Assembly: GCA_965231035.1 (NCBI GenBank) | Contig: OZ246409.1 | Location: 338,075-402,074 of the forward strand | DNA: 64,000 nt | DNA from: an uncultured Muribaculaceae bacterium | GTDB lineage: Bacteria > Pseudomonadota > Alphaproteobacteria > Rs-D84 | Direction: 5' to 3' | Shown: piece after piece, positions 1 to 9,895 of the stretch | Numbering within the stretch: position 1 is the first letter of the stretch | How the letters are laid out: each line of letters begins with the position of its first letter | Position numbers and translations under genes: made by a program | Notes under the pieces: model-generated | Told to the model about the DNA's origin: nothing | Seen by the model: only the letters and a program-made list of their open reading frames with translations | Database searches by the model: none

Positions 1-52
1 AACTCTGTCTTTCCAACCAAAACTAAAACCACCTTTTTGGTGGTTTGATTTT

Positions 53-129
53 TGGTCGGAGTGGCGGGGTTCGAACCCACGACCTCTGCGTCCCGAACGC
101 AGCACTCTACCAGGCTGAGCTACACTCCG
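53..129 (-). tRNA. tRNA-Pro (anticodon CGG)
   Basis: Reverse complement folds as a cloverleaf. Acceptor stem is CGGAGTG/CACTCCG. Anticodon stem is CTGCG/CGCAG with loop TTCGGGA. T-arm is GGTTCGAAC. 3' ACCA is encoded. Confidence 0.9.
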
Positions 130-210
130 ATGTCGCGGAATTATGCAACCTATACATATTCTTTGCAAGTAATTTATAAAAAATAAATGTGGAGTATTCC
201 CACATTTTTA

Positions 211-705
211 CTATTTCCCAGAATTATTTTGACTTTGTGTTTCCACAATATACCCAAAATTTTTCCTTAGCGAAAAAAAGCCTGACAATGTTCCAAGTTC
301 TTTTTTACGTTTTTTCAATTTATCGATATAAAGGTTATAAATACTTCTTAGTTCTTCCAATTGGGCTATATTATAAGAATGTCGACACATCCTTTTATCA
401 GCATACTCTATCCAACCATCATAGTGAACTTTGGTTTTACATTCACATATTTGTTCATTTTTCTTTAATTCGATTTGCTTAAGCTGGTTTTTACAAAATT
501 CTATTGCACTATTAACATCACTTTTTTCAGATTCAAAAATTATAAATTTAGCAGTCAACGCACCAAATAAAGCGCAAGACAGAACCTTTGCACCCATACA
601 TAAATAGAAACGCGTATTATTTTTTAGAGCTTTTTCAGATGACTTATTTTGCATTTGAAACCTTATTAAGCCTTGGAAGAATAACACACAAATATGTTTT
701 GTCAA
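211..705 (-). CDS. hypothetical protein adjacent to tRNA-Pro
   Basis: 164-aa ORF with no recognisable motifs; AT-rich and K/N-rich. Confidence 0.35.
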   Translation of the reverse strand: MTKHICVLFFQGLIRFQMQNKSSEKALKNNTRFYLCMGAKVLSCALFGALTAKFIIFESEKSDVNSAIEFCKNQLKQIELKKNEQICECKTKVHYDGWIEYADKRMCRHSYNIAQLEELRSIYNLYIDKLKKRKKELGTLSGFFSLRKNFGYIVETQSQNNSGK

Positions 706-766
706 TACATATTCATAATAAAAAACGGGATTCCCTGTTTTTTATTTATTTAATATTATTTTTAGA

Positions 767-868
767 AATTAAATTATGTGAGATGATTTGGAAGTGTTTC
801 ACAAACCCGACGTGTACAAGTGTTACACGAGGGAATGTGAACACAACAAGTGTCCGCAGAATTTAATT
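767..868. repeat. ~100-bp palindromic intergenic element, copy 1 (MITE/REP-like, terminal inverted repeats)
   Basis: About 80% identical to 5515..5617. Termini are aattaaattatgtg ... cgcagaatttaatt, which are inverted repeats. Internal stems include GTGTA/TACAC. Abuts the fabF stop. Confidence 0.6.
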
Positions 869-2118
869 TATATTTTTTTCAAAATCAAACTGGCGTTGGT
901 ACCACCAAAACCAAACGAGTTACTGATTGCAACTTCGACTTTATGTTTTTTAGCTTTATTCGGAACCAAATCAAAATCACCAACCATTTCTTCTGGATCT
1001 TTCAAATTGATTGTTGGTGGAACAATCCCATCGCGAATTGCCAAAACACAGAAAATTGCTTCAACCGCACCGGCCGCACCCAAAAGGTGCCCTGTCATTG
1101 ATTTTGTAGAAGACATACAAATATTACCAGCATCAGCAAACAATGTTTTTACTGCTGTTAATTCACCTATATCACCCAAACCAGTAGATGTTCCATGTGC
1201 GTTTACATAATCTACTTCTTCTGGTTTTATACCAGCATCTTTCAAAGCCGCTTTCATTGCACGCATTCCGCCTTCACCACCCTCGGCTGGAGCTGTAATA
1301 TGATGTGCGTCACCAGACATTCCATATCCTGCAACTTCGGCATAGATTTTTGCACCACGTGCCTTGGCATGTTCATATTCTTCCAAAACCAGAACACCTG
1401 CACCTTCGGCAATTATAAATCCATCGCGTGTTTTATCCCATGGACGAGATGCACCTTCGGGATCATCATTACGAGTTGATAAAGCTTTCATAGCTGAAAA
1501 TCCGGCCATACCTATTTTACCAACTGCACCTTCGGATCCACCACAAATCATAATGTCAGCATCACCGTGCTGAATCAATCTGGCACCTTCGCCAATTGAA
1601 TGAGCACCCGAAGCACAAGCAGTCACAATAGAAATATTTGGACCCTTAAAACCATATTTTATAGAAACCTGCCCGGATGTCATGTTAATAATAGACTTTG
1701 GAATAAAAAACGGACTGATGCTGCGCGGACCATTTGTATAAAGTTCTACACAACTTTCATAAATTGAATTCAAACCGCCAATTCCCCCACCTATTGAAAC
1801 CCCGACACGTTCTTTGTCACCAGTATAGTTATCCAATCCAGCATCTTTAACTGCTTCAACGGCGGCAACAACTCCATAAAGTATTGCTTTATCCATCTTA
1901 CGTTGTTCACGGGGATCAACAGAAATATCTGGGTTATATTGACCCGGTTCAGTACCATGAACTGGGAACCCTCCAATTTGTGAAGCCAGGTCGGACACAT
2001 CAAAAAGGTCTACCTTGCGAACACCGGATTTTCCAGAAATAATATTTTTCCACGCGTATTCCACACCAGTTCCAACCGGAGTAACAACGCCCATACCTGT
2101 AATAACAACTCGTCTCAT
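868..2118 (-). CDS. fabF: 3-oxoacyl-[acyl-carrier-protein] synthase II
   Basis: 416 aa. Thiolase-like KAS motifs (active-site Cys region TACASG, GHLLGAAG, NSFGFGG). Confidence 0.92.
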   Translation of the reverse strand: MRRVVITGMGVVTPVGTGVEYAWKNIISGKSGVRKVDLFDVSDLASQIGGFPVHGTEPGQYNPDISVDPREQRKMDKAILYGVVAAVEAVKDAGLDNYTGDKERVGVSIGGGIGGLNSIYESCVELYTNGPRSISPFFIPKSIINMTSGQVSIKYGFKGPNISIVTACASGAHSIGEGARLIQHGDADIMICGGSEGAVGKIGMAGFSAMKALSTRNDDPEGASRPWDKTRDGFIIAEGAGVLVLEEYEHAKARGAKIYAEVAGYGMSGDAHHITAPAEGGEGGMRAMKAALKDAGIKPEEVDYVNAHGTSTGLGDIGELTAVKTLFADAGNICMSSTKSMTGHLLGAAGAVEAIFCVLAIRDGIVPPTINLKDPEEMVGDFDLVPNKAKKHKVEVAISNSFGFGGTNASLILKKI

Positions 2119-2201
2119 TTTTATTTCCTATATTTTAAAGGGTTCATGACCCAAAATCTTGTTTTATCGTTAAGATAAACACTTGTCATTATAAACATTA
2201 G

Positions 2202-2242
2202 AAAAAAACCGTCAACAACAAAACATTGCTGACGGTTTTTTC
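2202..2242 (-). terminator. intrinsic terminator downstream of acpP (bidirectional appearance)
   Basis: Hairpin CCGTCAACAA...TTGCTGACGG flanked by an A-run and a T-run. Confidence 0.55.
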
Positions 2243-2280
2243 ATATTTTACCATTAAATCTTTACAAATATTATGAAAGA

Positions 2281-2538
2281 TTATTTTGCTGCTGGTTTTG
2301 CGGCTGGCTTTGCATGAGTTTCAATATACTTCACAGCATCACCAACTGTTTGCAATTTACCTGCATCTTCGTCTGGGATTGTGATATTGAATTCTTTTTC
2401 AACTTCCATAACGAATTCTACTACATCCAATGAATCCGCACCCAAATCGTTTACAAACGCGGCCTTTTCTGTAACCTTGGCTTCGTCAACGCCCAGTTTG
2501 TCTGCTACGATTTTTTTTACTCTTTCGAAAGTTGTCAT
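2281..2538 (-). CDS. acpP: acyl carrier protein
   Basis: 85 aa with DLGADSLD phosphopantetheine-attachment motif. Confidence 0.92.
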   Translation of the reverse strand: MTTFERVKKIVADKLGVDEAKVTEKAAFVNDLGADSLDVVEFVMEVEKEFNITIPDEDAGKLQTVGDAVKYIETHAKPAAKPAAK

Positions 2539-2670
2539 TTCTTATCCTTTGTTTTAGTTAAATTTGTGAGCTCACTTCAGAGCGTCGATAACCCAAACTA
2601 TCATTTTCAAGACCCAGTGTCAAGAAATTATAACAAACAATAACAAGTGATAAAAAATGCTGTCCGAAAA

Positions 2671-3669
2671 TTATTCTACTATATTATCAATCATACGGTT
2701 CATATTTTGTCGGAAATCTTCCCGATTAGAAGCCCAAATCAACTGCTTACTCATAAATTTATAAACATCATCCATTGTCAAATTTTGGATTTTTGCATTA
2801 CCAGCAACCCGTTTCCAAGCCATTCTGGGATCGGTTAAATGATATCCGCCGCGACCCGGGAAAACCCATTTCCCATTCTGAGGCAGGTCCTGTAAAACAA
2901 CAACCGCAGCATCTGACAAAGGGTGATTTTTCCATGTGTAATGGTTAAAATCTAAATCACGCCACTGCATAGAAAACACCTTGGACTTTGGTATAAACCC
3001 GTAAATAAGCATTAAAAAGGCAGATCTTAGCACCTGAGACTTTTCTTTATTTATTGCAATTAAAAGTCTATCAAATCCGGCCCTGGTCAGTGGACGAACA
3101 CGACGTTGTTCTTTTACTTTTTCTATATTTGAAACCGGATTTTCAGAAAGATACCCACTTTCTATTGCAAAGTTGAATATGCTGTGCACCAGTTCTTGCA
3201 TACGGTTTCTGACAACATTACCATCAATTTTATCCAACAATTCTTTGACTGTATCAGTATTTATTTCTTGGATATTTGATTCAAATATTGGTCCCAAGTG
3301 TCTGACCATTGAACGAACCAATTTTGCCAAAGATGTTTCGGTCCGATGAACTTTCTTAGTTAAATAAATATCTGCTACTCTTCTGAAGCTGACTTTTTTA
3401 TGGCGTAGTTTTGGTTTTACACTGGCAGCTCTTAAAACTTCGGGAACCATAATTCTAGCATCAGCAATTTCAACATCTGGGTATTTTCCGATGATAATTC
3501 TGCGGTCATGACCATTTACACGCTTTCTGACAAAAAAGCTTTTTACCCCGCGATTTGTTATGTACATGCGAAGTCTGGGCTCGGCAGAATCCTGAACCAC
3601 GTCAAATCCATTACTGGGGATGGGCAAATTGTCCAAAATATAAGGATTAAACAGAAACTGATGCGCCAT
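2671..3669 (-). CDS. phage-integrase-family protein (P4-type N-terminal arm-binding/DUF4102-like domain); catalytic region appears degenerate or truncated
   Basis: N-terminal region (LRMYITNRGVKSFFVRKR...IIIGKYPDVEIADAR) fits P4-like integrases. The C-terminal core lacks the usual R...HxxR...Y residues and ends early at 332 aa. Confidence 0.5.
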   Translation of the reverse strand: MAHQFLFNPYILDNLPIPSNGFDVVQDSAEPRLRMYITNRGVKSFFVRKRVNGHDRRIIIGKYPDVEIADARIMVPEVLRAASVKPKLRHKKVSFRRVADIYLTKKVHRTETSLAKLVRSMVRHLGPIFESNIQEINTDTVKELLDKIDGNVVRNRMQELVHSIFNFAIESGYLSENPVSNIEKVKEQRRVRPLTRAGFDRLLIAINKEKSQVLRSAFLMLIYGFIPKSKVFSMQWRDLDFNHYTWKNHPLSDAAVVVLQDLPQNGKWVFPGRGGYHLTDPRMAWKRVAGNAKIQNLTMDDVYKFMSKQLIWASNREDFRQNMNRMIDNIVE

Positions 3670-3690
3670 TTACATCTCCTTACTATATAC

Positions 3691-5478
3691 CTAAACTTTC
3701 AAAGCATTTATAAATGCGGTTTGTGGGATTTCGACATTACCGAATGTCCGCAAACGCTTTTTACCCTCTTTCTGCTTTTCTAACAATTTTCTTTTACGCG
3801 TAATATCACCACCATAACATTTGGCTGTAACATCTTTTCTGAACGCAGCGATTGTTTCACGAGCAATAATTTTTCCACCAATTGCCGCCTGGATTGGAAT
3901 CTTGAATTGATGTCTTGGAATCAAATCTTTTAATTTTTCAACAATTTGGCGACCACGTTTTTCCGAAAAAGAACGATGACATAAGAATGATAGAGGTTCG
4001 ACATTCTCTTCATTAACAAGAATAGATACCTTGACCAAATCAGATTCCTGGTACCCCTGCAAAACGTAATCAAAGCTGGCATAGCCACTGGATAAAGATT
4101 TCACACGATCATAAAAATCAAAAACTATTTCCGCCAATGGCAACTGGTAAACCAAAACCACACGGTTTCCAACATAAGAAATATTTTCCTGAACCCCACG
4201 ACGTTCAGAACACAGTGCCATAATTCCACCCATATATTTATCCGGCATCATTATTGTTGCACGAACCCAAGGTTCTTCAATTGATTCAATTAATGTTAAA
4301 TCTGGAATATCGGCTGGATTTTCCAAATCCAGAACTTCACCATTACGCAGGTGCAGCTTATAAAGCACGCTGGGAATTGTATTAATCAGATTCAAATCAA
4401 ATTCACGAGATAATCTTTCGTTTATGATTTCCATATGCAGCAGACCCAAAAAGCCGCAACGCAAACCAAACCCCAGCGCACTGGATTTTTCAACTGTGAA
4501 CACAAACGAAGCATCATTCAATGCCAATTTTTCGGCGCCATCACGCAGATTCGGGTAATCATCTGCCTCTACCGGAAAGAAGCTGGAAAACACAACCGGG
4601 ATGCTGGGTTTGAACCCGGCCAACCTTTCAACTGTTGCACGCGCATCTGTAATTGTATCACCGACCTTGCAGTCATGAATTGTCTTCATACCGGTTATGA
4701 TAAATCCAACTTCACCTGTGGCCAGTTCATCCACATTAACCATCTTGGGTGTAAAGTATCCGATTTTATCAACAATATATTCTGCGCCTGTTGCTATAAA
4801 TTTAATCTTTTGACCGCGTTTCAAACTTCCATCAACAACACGAACCAAAACCACAACCCCCAGATACGAATCGTACCAAGAATCAACCAACAACGCCCGC
4901 GTTGGTGAATCGGCATTTCCCTTTGGGGCTGGTAATTTTTTTACAATTTCTTCTAATAATTCAGGAACGCCCTGACCTGTTTTTCCAGAAACAGACAAAG
5001 CATCCTTTGCATCCAATCCAATAACATCGGCCATTTGATCCTTGGCGGCCTGAACATCACTGGAAGGTAAATCAATTTTATTTATAACCGGCAACATTTC
5101 CAAATTGTTATCCAAAGCCAGATAAGCATTTGCCAATGTTTGTGCCTGGACGCCTTGGGTTGCATCAACCAAAATCAAAGCACCTTCGCATGCGGCCAAA
5201 CTGCGTGAAACCTCGTAAGTAAAATCCACATGACCAGGGGTATCCATCAAGTTTAACTGATAAACTTCACCATTTTTCGCAGTATAATTCAAACGAACAG
5301 TCTGAGCCTTGATTGTAATTCCTCGTTCGCGTTCGATATCCATACTGTCCAGAACCTGGGCCTTCATTTCACGGGATTCCAATCCCCCTGTGAATTCAAT
5401 CAATCTGTCCGACAGTGTCGATTTACCATGATCAATGTGAGCGACTATTGCAAAATTTCTGATATTTGATTGTTTCAT
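3691..5478 (-). CDS. lepA: elongation factor 4 (LepA)
   Basis: 595 aa. GTPase motifs [18 protein letters not shown], plus LepA C-terminal domain. Confidence 0.93.
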   Translation of the reverse strand: MKQSNIRNFAIVAHIDHGKSTLSDRLIEFTGGLESREMKAQVLDSMDIERERGITIKAQTVRLNYTAKNGEVYQLNLMDTPGHVDFTYEVSRSLAACEGALILVDATQGVQAQTLANAYLALDNNLEMLPVINKIDLPSSDVQAAKDQMADVIGLDAKDALSVSGKTGQGVPELLEEIVKKLPAPKGNADSPTRALLVDSWYDSYLGVVVLVRVVDGSLKRGQKIKFIATGAEYIVDKIGYFTPKMVNVDELATGEVGFIITGMKTIHDCKVGDTITDARATVERLAGFKPSIPVVFSSFFPVEADDYPNLRDGAEKLALNDASFVFTVEKSSALGFGLRCGFLGLLHMEIINERLSREFDLNLINTIPSVLYKLHLRNGEVLDLENPADIPDLTLIESIEEPWVRATIMMPDKYMGGIMALCSERRGVQENISYVGNRVVLVYQLPLAEIVFDFYDRVKSLSSGYASFDYVLQGYQESDLVKVSILVNEENVEPLSFLCHRSFSEKRGRQIVEKLKDLIPRHQFKIPIQAAIGGKIIARETIAAFRKDVTAKCYGGDITRKRKLLEKQKEGKKRLRTFGNVEIPQTAFINALKV

Positions 5479-5514
5479 AAGTGTTTTTAACCCAGTTTAA
5501 ATTTATAAATTATA

Positions 5515-5617
5515 AATTGAATTATGTGAGACGATTGGAGGCGTTTCAGCAGACCCGACGTGTACAAATGCTACACGAGGGTCTGTGAACGCAATCAAGC
5601 GGCCACAGAATTTAATT
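5515..5617. repeat. ~100-bp palindromic intergenic element, copy 2
   Basis: Aligns along its full length with 767..868, with compensatory substitutions in stem regions. Lies upstream of the lepA start. Confidence 0.6.
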
Positions 5618-5685
5618 TATGCGGCAATGATACACCAGTATTTCCACCTTTTCAACCTGATTCTTTATGAATTTTTGAATATTTA

Positions 5686-5713
5686 TTGACAAAAACTAAA
5701 TTAGTAATATAAT
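5686..5713 (+). promoter_or_regulatory. sigma70-like promoter TTGACA-16bp-TATAAT upstream of the 5744 gene cluster
   Basis: Consensus -35 TTGACA (5686-5691) and consensus -10 TATAAT (5708-5713) with a 16-bp spacer. Confidence 0.5.
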
Positions 5714-5743
5714 TATTTCGAATTTAAGAAAAAGGATTTTGTA

Positions 5744-6223
5744 ATGTTGGCGAATGTTACTTATGAAAATGGATTAAACGAATGTAAACCCGGCAACAAT
5801 ATTTGCAGTATTTTACATAAACCAAATCCAGATATTGAAAAATTTATAAATGATGTTGATCGCAGTGGCTCATGCACCAATAAATCAAGAATTGAATATT
5901 TCCTTAACAAGGTTGATTTTGGAAGTTATATACTAGTTCGGTGCGTTAAAAAAGATAAAATTGTTCTTATGACACACGAAGAAATTAAAAAAATCCCAGG
6001 CAATGAAAATCTTGATACATTATCAATTGATTTTTTGAATAAATCAGAGTCTGATCGTGGTGATTTTAAAAGGCTATTATCCTGCAGGAAAATTATTGAT
6101 AATATTATGCAAAATCCGCCAAATGAATGTACAAAATTAGCTTATAAAGAGTTAGGTCTAAGAGTTGACCGTCGTTTAATAGAATTAAAAAATAATCTTA
6201 TAAAATGTGACTATTCAAAATAA
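5744..6223 (+). CDS. hypothetical protein
   Basis: 159-aa ORF behind a consensus promoter; no known motif. Confidence 0.4.
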   Translation: MLANVTYENGLNECKPGNNICSILHKPNPDIEKFINDVDRSGSCTNKSRIEYFLNKVDFGSYILVRCVKKDKIVLMTHEEIKKIPGNENLDTLSIDFLNKSESDRGDFKRLLSCRKIIDNIMQNPPNECTKLAYKELGLRVDRRLIELKNNLIKCDYSK

Positions 6224-6225
6224 AA

Positions 6226-6555
6226 ATGTCAAAAGTCAGTATATTTTACCGTGGTATTGAATTAAACTGCGCAGATTGCGACAATAATTGTCATGCAAAA
6301 AATCATTCTGAACAGGAATCAAGAAAAAAGATTTTTATGACTTTATCAAACTATGGTGGAATGATGCCTTTTCATTGTGAAAAAAATAAAATAATTGTTT
6401 TTATAAAAGTTCACGAAATGCCTTTAAATTCTGATAAAATTGTATTTCGTAAATATTCAGAAAATAAAAAGCCACAATTGATTTGGAAACAAAATTTATC
6501 TGCAAAAAGAAAAATTATAAAGAATCTTTTAGAAGAAAATATTGTTATAAAATAA
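6226..6555 (+). CDS. hypothetical small Cys-motif protein (paralog of 6566..6937)
   Basis: Contains CxxCx3C...AK...GG..P..C, the pattern shared with the next ORF. Confidence 0.45.
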   Translation: MSKVSIFYRGIELNCADCDNNCHAKNHSEQESRKKIFMTLSNYGGMMPFHCEKNKIIVFIKVHEMPLNSDKIVFRKYSENKKPQLIWKQNLSAKRKIIKNLLEENIVIK

Positions 6556-6565
6556 AAGTATTGCT

Positions 6566-6937
6566 ATGAAATTCTTATTTAATAAAAACACTCTAAATAA
6601 CAATGAAAAGAAACCTAATTGCTACTGTGCAAATGGTTGTGTTGCAAAACAAAAAGTGCAACAAAATATCAGAAAATCAAGATTTCTTACTGCAAAAGAT
6701 TTTGGTGGGTATATACCATACTTTTGTCCTTTTTTTGAAAAATTAATTTTTTTAAAGCCTTCGGATTATAAATTTTTTCCAAATAATAAATTCTTACTTT
6801 ATGATAAAAATACCAAAATATACTCTTGGGATAAAGATACCGCTGATCCGTATCGTCAATCTGTCAAAGATGAATTGTCCCCTAAACCATCTGATATTTT
6901 GCAAAATAAAATAATATTTTCAAAAAGATCCAGATAA
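6566..6937 (+). CDS. hypothetical small Cys-motif protein (paralog of 6226..6555)
   Basis: Contains CYCANGCVAK...GGYIPYFC, parallel to CADCDNNCHAK...GGMMPFHC in the previous ORF. Confidence 0.45.
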   Translation: MKFLFNKNTLNNNEKKPNCYCANGCVAKQKVQQNIRKSRFLTAKDFGGYIPYFCPFFEKLIFLKPSDYKFFPNNKFLLYDKNTKIYSWDKDTADPYRQSVKDELSPKPSDILQNKIIFSKRSR

Positions 6938-6985
6938 AAGATTATTGATTTTTTTGTGGTTTTTTGATATAATAAAAACACTTAA

Positions 6986-7012
6986 AAGACGCATTTTTCG
7001 CGTCTTTTTTTA
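6986..7012 (+). terminator. intrinsic terminator
   Basis: Hairpin AGACGCATTTTTCGCGTCT followed by a T-run. Confidence 0.6.
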
Positions 7013-7040
7013 TTATTAAAATTTTATCAAAAGGACAAAA

Positions 7041-7388
7041 ATGAAACCGAGTTTATCTTTCAGAAATAATAATCCTGGAAATTTAAGATTCAGCGAATTT
7101 ACAATCAGGCATGGTGCAACACACGAATCGAATGGGTTTGCGGTTTTTCCAAATTACGAAGTTGGATTTGCAGCGTTATGTGCATTGTTCAAAACAAAAA
7201 GTTATCGTGAACTTGGTCTTTATTATGCAGTACATCGCTATGCCCCGGCATCTGAAAATAACACTGAAAATTATATAAAGTTTATTGAAAACCAAACAGG
7301 TTTTTCGCGTGATGAATTTGTAAAAGACCTGGACATTACAAAGCTGGCACAAGCAATTCAAAAATTCGAAGGATGGATACCAAATTAA
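7041..7388 (+). CDS. hypothetical protein with NNPGNLR motif
   Basis: 115 aa; the N-terminal FRNNNPGNLRF motif recalls phage/plasmid-borne small proteins. Family not identified. Confidence 0.4.
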   Translation: MKPSLSFRNNNPGNLRFSEFTIRHGATHESNGFAVFPNYEVGFAALCALFKTKSYRELGLYYAVHRYAPASENNTENYIKFIENQTGFSRDEFVKDLDITKLAQAIQKFEGWIPN

Positions 7389-7394
7389 TTATCG

Positions 7395-7739
7395 TTAAAT
7401 TTTTTCCAACAATTTATCAATTCTGTCAGCGCGTTCCAATGTGTCGTCATAGCTGAACTTTATATCAGGTACATATTTTTGATTCATACGCGCAGCCAAT
7501 TCGAAACGAACCATCTTGGTTATTTCTTCTAAACGTTTCTGGGTCAAAACCCGGTCAGAATTTCTGGTGTAATAAAATAACTTTACAAACCGTAAACCAC
7601 CATGTGATTCTGAACCAACCAATGAAACCATAGATACAATGGAATCTTCGCTGAAATTATCGCGCAGAATTTCTGCGACCAATATTTGAACTTTGCTGGC
7701 TATTTTTTCGCCACGATTAAAATTTGTTTCTTTTTTCAT
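7395..7739 (-). CDS. rbfA: ribosome-binding factor A
   Basis: 114 aa. IVSMVSL...VPDIKFSYDD pattern matches RbfA. Confidence 0.75.
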   Translation of the reverse strand: MKKETNFNRGEKIASKVQILVAEILRDNFSEDSIVSMVSLVGSESHGGLRFVKLFYYTRNSDRVLTQKRLEEITKMVRFELAARMNQKYVPDIKFSYDDTLERADRIDKLLEKI

Positions 7740-7808
7740 AATAACGATTGTAAATTATTAAATTATAAATTACAATCGGGAAAGTTTAATTTTTAAAAGT
7801 GAATTTAT

Positions 7809-8381
7809 ATGAAATTTTTAAGCAATCTTATGAAGAAATCTGAACACCCTGCTTTTTTTTGGGTGGTTTTTTTTATGACATTTTGTGAATCTGTGTTTTT
7901 GTTTATTCCACCAGAGGTTTTTATTGCTCCACCAATTTTAGCAAATAAAAAACGTGCAATGCCAACAGTAGTGGCGGCATCATTAGGATCTTTGGTTGGC
8001 GGCGCAGTTTCTTATATGATTGGTTTGTGGTTGTTTGATTCTGTTGGCATGTGGTTGATTAATACTTTTTCCAGCATGGATAATTTTGCAATTGCTCAAC
8101 AAATGTTTATAAAGCACGGAATATTTATTATGTTCTTAGCCGCGTTTACACCTGTTCCATATAAATTGTTGGCAATTTGTGCCGGATTCATTGGGTTTCC
8201 AGCAGTTTTATTTTTAGGTGTTTCTGCAGTATTCAGAACTTTGCGTTTTGCAATCACAGGATTTTTAATCTGGCGTTGGCAAGATAAAGCCCGCGCCATA
8301 GCCAAGAAATATTTTTGGCCGTTGATGATATTTGCAATACTGTTTGCTGTATCTGGTATTGGGATAATATTTCTTATTTAA
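7809..8381 (+). CDS. DedA/YqaA-family membrane protein
   Basis: 190 aa, polytopic, with DedA-like N-terminal motif. Confidence 0.5.
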   Translation: MKFLSNLMKKSEHPAFFWVVFFMTFCESVFLFIPPEVFIAPPILANKKRAMPTVVAASLGSLVGGAVSYMIGLWLFDSVGMWLINTFSSMDNFAIAQQMFIKHGIFIMFLAAFTPVPYKLLAICAGFIGFPAVLFLGVSAVFRTLRFAITGFLIWRWQDKARAIAKKYFWPLMIFAILFAVSGIGIIFLI

Positions 8382-8399
8382 TAATTTAAAATTTTAATT

Positions 8400-8909
8400 T
8401 TATTCAACCCAAATGGTTGCATAAGTTGTTGCTGTTTCAGAGCCTATTGGAATTTTCACATTAGATTTTGTAACATTCAATGTATCTGTTCCGACAGATA
8501 CATCAGAAATAACGTAACCAGTTCCAGACGTTGTAACACTGGCCAAACCAGATTCACCCGCAGGACCTTGAATTCCCTGGGGACCTTGGGGACCAATTTC
8601 GCCTTGGGGACCCTGTGCACCAGTTTCACCTTGGGGACCTTGGATACCTTGAATTCCCTGGGAACCTTGGGGACCAGTTTCACCCTGAGGACCCTGTGCA
8701 CCAGTATCTCCGGTATCACCTTTTGGACCCTGAGGACCAGTTTCACCCTGAGGACCTTGAGGTCCAGGAATCAGAGTTACTCCTTCTACAACCCTATCAA
8801 CATAGGTTTTACTTGCAATATTACCCGAAGCATAGCCAACAGTGGTTACTATAATTATAGCAACAAGAGAAACCGAAAAAATGCAATTTTTTTTCGTCAT
8901 ATCAACCAT
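8400..8909 (-). CDS. collagen-like (G-X-Y) repeat protein with N-terminal membrane anchor
   Basis: [28 protein letters not shown]... runs. N-terminal SKTYVD motif shared with the neighbouring paralogs. Confidence 0.7.
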   Translation of the reverse strand: MVDMTKKNCIFSVSLVAIIIVTTVGYASGNIASKTYVDRVVEGVTLIPGPQGPQGETGPQGPKGDTGDTGAQGPQGETGPQGSQGIQGIQGPQGETGAQGPQGEIGPQGPQGIQGPAGESGLASVTTSGTGYVISDVSVGTDTLNVTKSNVKIPIGSETATTYATIWVE

Positions 8910-8999
8910 ACTGAGGATAAATTTAAAACACTCTTACACGAAATCATAATATTTTTATTTGTGTGAAAAAAGAGTTTTTTTCACACAAAACAAAAAATA

Positions 9000-9857
9000 T
9001 TATCTTTCTACAACTTCCCAAGTATATGCTGTTCCATCAAAAGTCAGAACACACTTGCTGGTTGGATTGGAACATGCACCCGGTGCAGCTGTCGCCAATG
9101 TACCCAGACTTGCTGTATCAGCTTTTAATCCCAATGCTGTATTAATAGCTGTTGATGTCATAGCATCAGTGATACCATATCCAGACAATGTTGTTGCTTT
9201 ATCAGCTTTTGTTCCCAACGATGTATCAACTTCTGTTTTTGTATAAGTTGTTGCCTGATCAGCTTTTGCTGCTAAGGCTGTATTAACATCAGCTGTATTT
9301 GCTTTTGCTGCTAATGCTGTGTTTACATCGGCTGTATTCGCCTTGGTTGCCAAAGAAGTGTCAACTTCTGTCTTGGTATATGTTGTTGCCTTATCAGCCT
9401 TGGCATCTAATGCAGTATTAACAGTTGCGGTTTGTGCATAACCAGTCAAGTCAGCAGATTGCAATGCTGTATCAGCCTTGCCCAAAGAAGTTTGAACATC
9501 TGTTGCCAACTTTGGTTTCGTTACATTACCATCTACGATATCAGCAGTTCCAACAGTACTTTTTGTTGCCAATGCACCCAAACTTGCTGTATCAGCCTTT
9601 GCACCCAATGCTGTATCAACTTCAGTCTTGGTATATGTTGTGGCTTGATTTGCTTTAGCTGCTAAAGATGTATCAACTTCACTTTTTGTATAAGTTGTTG
9701 CCTGATCAGCTTTTGCTGCTATTGCAGTATTAATTGTTGTTGTTTGCGATGTATTTTGAGCATCAACATAGTTCTTACTGGCGATTTCAGCATTCGCTGC
9801 GCTTGCAAAACCTGCTGCAACTAAGATAGCAAACAGACTAGTGGTTATTTTTTTCAT
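9000..9857 (-). CDS. secreted repeat protein (TKAD/TTYTKTEVDT heptad-like repeats), paralog family
   Basis: Signal peptide. SKNYVDAQN motif. Repeated ...AAKADQATTYTKTEVDTSL... units. Conserved C-terminus. Confidence 0.7.
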   Translation of the reverse strand: MKKITTSLFAILVAAGFASAANAEIASKNYVDAQNTSQTTTINTAIAAKADQATTYTKSEVDTSLAAKANQATTYTKTEVDTALGAKADTASLGALATKSTVGTADIVDGNVTKPKLATDVQTSLGKADTALQSADLTGYAQTATVNTALDAKADKATTYTKTEVDTSLATKANTADVNTALAAKANTADVNTALAAKADQATTYTKTEVDTSLGTKADKATTLSGYGITDAMTSTAINTALGLKADTASLGTLATAAPGACSNPTSKCVLTFDGTAYTWEVVER

Positions 9858-9895
9858 ATTTTTATCTCCTTAATTATATCTTGTATGTTTAAACT

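Noticed and set aside
4435-4908. Plus-strand 157-aa ORF inside lepA, and similar antisense ORFs inside dnaN (23349..23888), the collagen-like genes (8477..8966), tolB, gatB and others
   Set aside because: They are antisense to strongly supported conserved genes, with odd composition and no motifs. These are typical shadow ORFs.
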